Below, piece after piece: positions 26,302 through 32,000 of a stretch of DNA of 32,000 nt (within the stretch, counting starts at the first letter, position 1; every line of letters starts with the position of its first letter). Position numbers and translations under genes: made by a program. Location: positions 2,607,043 to 2,639,042 of the forward strand of contig NZ_CP032100.1 in assembly GCF_003544815.1 (NCBI RefSeq), written 5' to 3'. Origin of the DNA: Arcobacter suis CECT 7833 (GTDB taxonomy: Bacteria; Campylobacterota; Campylobacteria; Campylobacterales; Arcobacteraceae). Under the pieces are notes generated by a model, which made no database searches, was not told where the DNA came from, and saw only the letters and a program-made list of their open reading frames with translations.

Positions 26302-26322
26302 AGGGTTTATTTCCCCTTTATT
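26297..26322. terminator. hairpin spanning both stop codons of convergent genes (possible bidirectional terminator)
   Basis: A 9-bp stem pairs 26297-26305 (aataaaggg) with 26314-26322 (ccctttatt), with an 8-nt loop. It is AT-rich and the U-tract is poor, so it is weak. Confidence 0.35.
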
Positions 26323-27898
26323 AAAACTTATCTTTTAAAGAATCTCTAATTTTTAGAAATTCATCTAAATGTTCAAAGAAAATATCAACTAATGTTGGGT
26401 CGAAATGATTTCCTCTTTCTTCTTTAAAAAGATTGAATATTTTTTCATCACTCCAAGCTTCTTTATAAACCCTATCACTTCCCAAAGCATCAAAAACATC
26501 AGCAAGGGCTGTGATTCTTCCATAAATATGAATGTCTTCTCCACCTAAGCCTCTTGGATAACCACTTCCATCCCATTTTTCATGGTGTTCATTTGCTACA
26601 ATTGCAGCCGTTTTTAAAAGTGGTCTATTTGAATGTTTAAGCATTTCATATCCTAAAGCTGAATGAGTATCCATGATTTTTCTCTCAGCTTCATCAAAAC
26701 GACCAGGTTTATTTAATATTGCATCAGGAATTGCAACTTTTCCTATATCGTGCATTGGACTTGCTTGTTTTAATAACTCAGCTTCTTTTTCATCTAAACC
26801 ATAATACAAAGCCAAAAGTTTTGAGTATTCTGCAACTCTTTTTACATGATTTCCAGTCTCTTTGCTTCTACTTTCACCAATAGCACCCATAGTAAATACA
26901 ACTTCTTTTTGTGTATTTTCTATTTCGTGATTTAGATTTGTAATTTCCGTTAAACCATCTTCAATTTTTGTTTCAATTTCATCTACAGATAAACCAACAT
27001 TTTTGTAAATTTTATAAGCTAAAAAGCTTAAAAAACTAATTACAATAATTAAAAGTACCAAAATACTAAAATATGTAATATTTATAAAATCACTTGAAAG
27101 TTTTTCTATTTTATCTTCTATATCCGAACTATATTTTTTATTTATATTAATGATATTTAGACTTATATTTCTTATTTCAAACTCTTTATCTTCAATATCT
27201 TTTATTTTAATAATATGATTACCCACTTTTTCAACTATTTGTAAATATTCTTGAGTATCAGTATTATCGTAACTATTTATCAATAATTGAATTTTTCCTA
27301 ACCACTTATTAAAAGTTTCCCTATCTCTTTTTTGATAAAGAACCTCTTTACTATAATATTTCACATCCCCAAATAATTGAGAAAGTTTAAAATCTTTTCG
27401 TTCGATTATTTCATGATCAAGTCTTTTTCTTATATCATTTTCAATAGGATAATCACTATCAAATTGAGCAATTAATGATATTTTTTTCTCTTGTAACAAA
27501 TAAATTGCATCAAAAGCTTTTTCTATTTCTTGTTCACTTTTAAATAAAAGATCAAGTTTTTTAGCAATAACTTCATCTTTATGAATATCACTTATTAAAA
27601 AATCTATCAAATCATTTTTATCTTGTTCTTTAAAATTTTCTTGTATTTTCTCAAACTCTAATTCATATTTAACAAAATCTTCTTTTGCTTTATCTAACTT
27701 ATCAATTGAATCTAAATTTATAGTATCTTTTAATAATTCATTCATTCTTTCTTGCATAGAAACTAAATTATTAATAGATTGTTTAGTTAAATTATTCTCT
27801 TTAATTTGATAAATTACTATGGTATTTATAATCCCTATTGCCGTAATAATGAATAAAATTGATATAAAACTAATTTTAATTATTTTCTTTATACTCAT
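26321..27898 (-). CDS. membrane-bound HD-GYP domain protein (putative c-di-GMP phosphodiesterase) with unassigned extracytoplasmic sensor region
   Basis: Two TM helices (IKISFISILFIITAIGIINTIVIY; ITYFSILVLLIIVISFLSFLAY) flank a ~250-aa helical region. The C-terminal domain has ASPMHDIGKV and HHEKWDGSGYPRG. Confidence 0.85.
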   Translation of the reverse strand: MSIKKIIKISFISILFIITAIGIINTIVIYQIKENNLTKQSINNLVSMQERMNELLKDTINLDSIDKLDKAKEDFVKYELEFEKIQENFKEQDKNDLIDFLISDIHKDEVIAKKLDLLFKSEQEIEKAFDAIYLLQEKKISLIAQFDSDYPIENDIRKRLDHEIIERKDFKLSQLFGDVKYYSKEVLYQKRDRETFNKWLGKIQLLINSYDNTDTQEYLQIVEKVGNHIIKIKDIEDKEFEIRNISLNIININKKYSSDIEDKIEKLSSDFINITYFSILVLLIIVISFLSFLAYKIYKNVGLSVDEIETKIEDGLTEITNLNHEIENTQKEVVFTMGAIGESRSKETGNHVKRVAEYSKLLALYYGLDEKEAELLKQASPMHDIGKVAIPDAILNKPGRFDEAERKIMDTHSALGYEMLKHSNRPLLKTAAIVANEHHEKWDGSGYPRGLGGEDIHIYGRITALADVFDALGSDRVYKEAWSDEKIFNLFKEERGNHFDPTLVDIFFEHLDEFLKIRDSLKDKF

Positions 27899-27976
27899 AT
27901 CTATCCTTGGAATTAATTATCTATGTATGTAGTTTTTTGTATAATCTGCATTAATTATACTATAAGGTGCTAAAAA

Positions 27977-28813
27977 ATGATAAAAATGATTAATAAAAAA
28001 GAGAATATATTTGATGATAATATCGCTTTTGTAGAGAATTGGGACTTTTCAAAAGCAAACCTAAATGAAGAAAATAGAATATTAGCCATCACTCAAGTTG
28101 CCTCGATTTGTTATCAATCACCAAAAGCTTTAGGAAGTGAAAGTTTATACAATAGGCTTATGGCAGAATCTCAAGGTTTACCATCATCATCTTTTGAATT
28201 TGTACCTGTATTACTTGACCCAACAAATGAAAAACATAAAGAAATTTTAGCACCAGAATTTTCAAATGTAAAAAAATTTGGAGAGCAAATTTGTGATGGG
28301 AAATACCTACTTACAAATTATAGAGCTTTGGTTTATGATTTTGAAAACAATCCAAAAGCTTATAGTTTTGATATTAGAACTATTTACAATACACTTGAAG
28401 AGTGTGAAATCATAAAAGCACACTTCAAAGTATTTTTATATAAAGTTGATTTTCCAACTCGTTCTCAAATGGTAAGACACAGAGTTAACTGGCAAGAACT
28501 TAGTAGAAGATATGTAAGTGGGAAAAGAGTTCCTTTTGATTTTTATGTAAGTGAAAAAATGAAAGATGTTACTAGCGAAGCTGGAACAACTCAACAAATT
28601 TTAGATATTTGTTTAGAGCACTATTACAAAGCTTTAGAAGATGGTGTAAAGCCTCAAGAAGCCCGAAGAATAATTCCACAAGCTGGATATTCACAAATTT
28701 GGGGAGGTTTCCAACCAACTCAACTTGAGAACTATTTTAAACTAAGATTAGATTCTCATGCCCAATGGGAAATTAGAAAAACAGCAGAGGCAATGAAAGA
28801 ACTTTTAGCTTGA
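27977..28813 (+). CDS. thyX: FAD-dependent thymidylate synthase ThyX-like protein (divergent signature)
   Basis: RHRVNWQELSRRY resembles the ThyX motif RHR-x-x-S-x-x-x-x-S-x-RY, but it is one residue shorter and has Asn in place of the first Ser. AAGGTG RBS lies 7 nt upstream of ATG 27977. Confidence 0.55.
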   Translation: MIKMINKKENIFDDNIAFVENWDFSKANLNEENRILAITQVASICYQSPKALGSESLYNRLMAESQGLPSSSFEFVPVLLDPTNEKHKEILAPEFSNVKKFGEQICDGKYLLTNYRALVYDFENNPKAYSFDIRTIYNTLEECEIIKAHFKVFLYKVDFPTRSQMVRHRVNWQELSRRYVSGKRVPFDFYVSEKMKDVTSEAGTTQQILDICLEHYYKALEDGVKPQEARRIIPQAGYSQIWGGFQPTQLENYFKLRLDSHAQWEIRKTAEAMKELLA

Positions 28814-29727
28814 ATTATCAAAAGATTTTAAAAGAGATAGAAAATGAAATTCAACCTTTTTTAAATGAAGGAAAATTAGCAAACTATATTCCAGCTTTAG
28901 CAAATGTTGATGACAAAAAGTTTGCCATGTCAATTCAACTTTTTGATGGAACTTCTTATCACATTGGAGATTCAAATTTAAAATTTTCTATTCAAAGTAT
29001 CTCAAAAGTTTTTACTTTTACCTTAGCTTTAAATCACTATGGAAAAGATTTATATAAAAGAGTTGGACATGAACCATCAGGAAATCCCTTTAACTCTTTA
29101 ATTCAACTAGAGTATGAAAATGGCATCCCAAGAAATCCTTTTATAAATGCAGGTGCAATTGTTACAGCTGATAGTTTAGTTTCAATTTATAAAAAAAATA
29201 CTTTTGATAATATTTTAGATTTTATAAAAAAAACTTCAAATGATGAAACAATAGTTTATGATGAAGAGATATTTAAATCAGAATTAGCCCATGGTTTTAG
29301 AAACTTTGCTTTAATAAATATGATAAAAAGTTTTAACAATATAAACAATAATATAGATGATGTAATTGACACTTATTTTAAACAATGTTCAATTATGATG
29401 AATAGTTCACAATTAGCAAAATCAATGCTTTTTTTAGCAAATCATGGAGTACATCCTTTGACAAATGAAGAGATAATAACTGAATCAAAAGCAAAAAGAA
29501 TAAACTCTTTAATGTTAACTTGTGGTCATTATGATGCTTCAGGTGATTTTGCATATAAAGTTGGACTTCCAGGCAAAAGTGGAGTTGGAGGCGGAATTGT
29601 TGCAGTTGTTCCTAAAAAAATGGCAATTTGTGTTTATTCTCCAAAACTAAATTTACAAGGAAATTCCCTTGTTGGCACAGTTGCTTTAGAACTATTTACC
29701 ACAAAAACTGGTTTGTCAATTTTTTAA
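28810..29727 (+). CDS. glsA: glutaminase A
   Basis: Serine beta-lactamase-like glutaminase motifs: FSIQSISKVFT (S-x-x-K), NPFINAGAI, LPGKSGVGGGIVAVVP; about 305 aa. The TTG start overlaps the thyX stop (TTGA). Confidence 0.9.
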   Translation: MNYQKILKEIENEIQPFLNEGKLANYIPALANVDDKKFAMSIQLFDGTSYHIGDSNLKFSIQSISKVFTFTLALNHYGKDLYKRVGHEPSGNPFNSLIQLEYENGIPRNPFINAGAIVTADSLVSIYKKNTFDNILDFIKKTSNDETIVYDEEIFKSELAHGFRNFALINMIKSFNNINNNIDDVIDTYFKQCSIMMNSSQLAKSMLFLANHGVHPLTNEEIITESKAKRINSLMLTCGHYDASGDFAYKVGLPGKSGVGGGIVAVVPKKMAICVYSPKLNLQGNSLVGTVALELFTTKTGLSIF

Positions 29728-29743
29728 ATTTTAAAGGAAAAAT

Positions 29744-30358
29744 ATGAGCGCTTTAGAAATTGCTGATATTATTGGAATAATTTGTTTTGCACTGAGTGGA
29801 TTCTTAATTTCTGTTCATTATAAACTTGATATTTTAGGTGTTTTCATCTCTTCATTTTTAACAGCCCTTGGTGGAGGAATGATTAGAGATGTTTTAGCTG
29901 ATAGAACTCCTTATGTTTTTACAACAAATCTTCCTGTTATTTTAGTTGTTGCAACAGTAGTAATTGCTCTTTTATTTAAACTACACAAAATTGATGATTT
30001 AGAGGGTAAAACTGCGTTTATTATCTCTGACGCTGTTGGTCTTGTATCTTTTTCAATTACAGGTTCTATCGTTGCTATTCAAAATGATTTTAACTTCTTA
30101 GGAGTTCTAATTTTAGCTTTTCTAACAGCCGTTGGTGGGGGAACAATAAGAGATATTTTAATAAACAGAATTCCGTCTATTTTAGTATCTGAGTTTTACG
30201 CAACGGTTGCATTAATCATAGCTTCAATTATATATGTATTAGAGCTTTTGCAATTAAGAAGTTTACCTACTATTACGATAGTTTTTATTTTTGGTGTAGG
30301 ATTAAGACTTCTTGCTTATTATAGAAAATGGCATTTACCAACTTTATCAAAGGAATAA
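29744..30358 (+). CDS. trimeric intracellular cation channel (TRIC / UPF0126, YadS-like) family membrane protein
   Basis: Internal duplication with the paired glycine motifs LGGGMIRDVL and VGGGTIRDIL; seven hydrophobic helices. Confidence 0.8.
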   Translation: MSALEIADIIGIICFALSGFLISVHYKLDILGVFISSFLTALGGGMIRDVLADRTPYVFTTNLPVILVVATVVIALLFKLHKIDDLEGKTAFIISDAVGLVSFSITGSIVAIQNDFNFLGVLILAFLTAVGGGTIRDILINRIPSILVSEFYATVALIIASIIYVLELLQLRSLPTITIVFIFGVGLRLLAYYRKWHLPTLSKE

Positions 30359-30429
30359 TTTTATCTTTTTAACTGTTCATTTACTTTTTGTAGGTATCAT
30401 TGCATAATTTTCAAAATTTAGGAGAAAAA

Positions 30430-30885
30430 ATGATAAAAAAATTTCTATTTACAGTTTTATTAGGTTTAAGTGCATTCGCAAATTCACTTACAATAGGAAC
30501 TGATATTCCAACACTTACAGTTAAAGATCAATTTGAGAAAGATCATACAGTTGATGCAAATATTAAAACAATAATTTTTTCAGCAACAAAAACTGAAGGT
30601 ACGACTATAAAAGAGTTTTTATTAACAAAAGATAAAGATTATTTAACAACTAACAAAGCTGTTTATATTGCAGATATTACAGGTATGCCTAGCTTAATTA
30701 CTAAGTTTATTGCAATGCCTAAAATGAAAGATTATCCGTTTTCTGTTCTTTTAATAGACGAGGCTAATAAAACACTATTTCCAGTTAAAGAAGATATGAT
30801 TTCTATTATTTCTTTAGAAAATGGGAAAGTTACAGATATTAAATATGTAAAAACTGCTGCTGAATTAGGGCAAATTTTAAAATAA
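30430..30885 (+). CDS. hypothetical secreted/periplasmic protein
   Basis: ATG 30430 lies 6 nt after AGGAG. Signal peptide MIKKFLFTVLLGLSAFA. I recognise no motif with confidence. The TTG at 30400 in the ORF track is less likely. Confidence 0.45.
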   Translation: MIKKFLFTVLLGLSAFANSLTIGTDIPTLTVKDQFEKDHTVDANIKTIIFSATKTEGTTIKEFLLTKDKDYLTTNKAVYIADITGMPSLITKFIAMPKMKDYPFSVLLIDEANKTLFPVKEDMISIISLENGKVTDIKYVKTAAELGQILK

Positions 30886-30891
30886 TTTTTT

Positions 30892-30920
30892 AGCTACTAG
30901 CTTTTAAGCTAGTAGTTTTT
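30892..30920 (+). terminator. rho-independent terminator
   Basis: Stem 30892-30901 (agctactagc) pairs with 30908-30917 (gctagtagtt) with one G-U pair, followed by TTT. The purN stop codon lies in the loop. Confidence 0.5.
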
Positions 30921-31485
30921 CAAATGCTTCAATAATAGCAATACTTTCCAACTCTTTGATTCTATTTTCTAAACTATCAACGGTTTCATTTTGAGAAATT
31001 TCAAGCTCTTTTGTAAGTATAATTTCACCTTCATCATAAACTTCATTTACATAATGAATTGTAACTCCAGATTTTTTTTCACCATTTTTTATAACAGCTT
31101 CATGTACAAATCTTCCGTACATTCCAACTCCGCCATAAATAGATGGCAATAAGGCAGGATGAGTATTTATTATTTTATTAGAAAATGCATTTAAAAGTTT
31201 TGATTCAATTTTTTTCATAAAACCCGATAAAAATATATAATCACAACCAAATTCAGTTAATAATCTTGCAATTTTATCATCTATATCTTGTCCTGGATAT
31301 CTTTTTTCATTTATAATGAAGTAAGGAATATTATAAGATTCTGCTCTTTCTAAAACACCTGCATTTGTATTATTTGTAATTACAACTACAATTTTTGCAT
31401 TTAGTTTTTTATCAAGTATTGCTTTTTGTATAGTTTCAAATCCACTTCCGTTATAAGAAGCTAATATTCCAATTTTTTTTATCAT
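30904..31485 (-). CDS. purN: phosphoribosylglycinamide formyltransferase
   Basis: GILASYNGSGFE N-terminus, INTHPALLP (N-x-H catalytic motif) and VYDEGEII (catalytic Asp context); 193 aa. Confidence 0.9.
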   Translation of the reverse strand: MIKKIGILASYNGSGFETIQKAILDKKLNAKIVVVITNNTNAGVLERAESYNIPYFIINEKRYPGQDIDDKIARLLTEFGCDYIFLSGFMKKIESKLLNAFSNKIINTHPALLPSIYGGVGMYGRFVHEAVIKNGEKKSGVTIHYVNEVYDEGEIILTKELEISQNETVDSLENRIKELESIAIIEAFEKLLA

Positions 31486-31535
31486 TATTTATCCTAAATT
31501 TTAAGGGGTTGGATTATATCTATTTTAAAATTAGT

Positions 31536-32000
31536 TTACAATCTTTGAGCATGGGTTAAAGCAATCGCAATAGCATCTGTAATATCTAGTGGTTTAATCT
31601 CTTTTTTAACCCCTAAAAGTCGTTTAACCATAAAAGCAACTTGCTCTTTTGTAGCTTTTCCATTTCCTGTTACTGCTTGTTTTACTTGAAGTGGAGTATA
31701 TTCTGCAAAATTACCAAATTTTTGTAAAATTTTTAATGAAATAGCTCCTCGAAATTGAGCAAGTTTTATAACTGTTTTTGGATTAAAAGCATAAAACATA
31801 TCTTCAATTGAAACTTGATCTATTTCATGTTTGTCAAATATCAAATCAAAACCCTCTGTCATCTCAACAATTTGTTCTTGAAGGATTTTTGTTTTTATTT
31901 TTATAAGCCCCGCTTCAATTAATTTTACACTATTTCCATTCTTTTCAACAATGGCATATCCACAGTTTCGAGTACCCGGGTCAATTCCTAATATTTTCAA
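31536..32000 (-). CDS. ruvC: crossover junction endodeoxyribonuclease RuvC (5' end probably just outside the window)
   Basis: [16 protein letters not shown] (catalytic Asp), VSIEDMF and [15 protein letters not shown]. The codon at 31998-32000 is TTG, so the true start may lie a few codons upstream beyond the window. Confidence 0.9.
   Translation of the reverse strand: MKILGIDPGTRNCGYAIVEKNGNSVKLIEAGLIKIKTKILQEQIVEMTEGFDLIFDKHEIDQVSIEDMFYAFNPKTVIKLAQFRGAISLKILQKFGNFAEYTPLQVKQAVTGNGKATKEQVAFMVKRLLGVKKEIKPLDITDAIAIALTHAQRL

Noticed and set aside
1-32000. Search for defence systems, prophage, CRISPR arrays, toxin-antitoxin pairs or integrative elements
   Set aside because: No ORF shows nuclease, helicase, methylase, integrase, recombinase or capsid-type motifs, and no repeat arrays are visible. 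The novelty in the window appears to be metabolic or modification-related rather than defence or mobile.

Overview
This is a strongly AT-rich chromosomal segment. Gene content and protein sequences look Campylobacterota-like (Arcobacter/Aliarcobacter-type), but I cannot confirm the taxon without a database search. I support about 31 protein-coding genes. I found no rRNA, tRNA, CRISPR array, IS element, transposase, integrase or phage genes. Order, left to right: class V aminotransferase 3' fragment; small beta-barrel OMP; membrane metallophosphoesterase; a three-gene amidoligase/transglutaminase operon (TGase-DUF2126, cpATP-grasp fused to alpha-E, TGase); a chemoreceptor; a second, non-canonical cpATP-grasp + alpha-E operon whose partners are two AstE/AspA-type zinc deacylase paralogs; typA/bipA; eptA-PAP2-dgkA lipid A modification module; an SHP-like/diheme cytochrome c/cytochrome b cluster with a CpxP/Spy-like protein and an OmpR-type two-component system; YeeE/YeeD-like sulfur transport pair; HD-GYP protein; ThyX-like; glutaminase; TRIC-family channel; small secreted protein; purN; ruvC (cut by the window end). 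The best candidate for an undescribed system is the operon at 11598-15501. It has four translationally coupled genes in which the usual transglutaminase partner of cpATP-grasp/alpha-E is replaced by one catalytically intact and one catalytically dead AstE/AspA-like protein. It sits about 2.3 kb from a textbook copy of the canonical system. Other points: a frameshift splits a cytochrome b / diheme cytochrome c fusion gene; the chemoreceptor ends in an EWESF pentapeptide; several genes appear to use TTG or GTG starts. All family assignments come from motifs read by eye, with no searches run.
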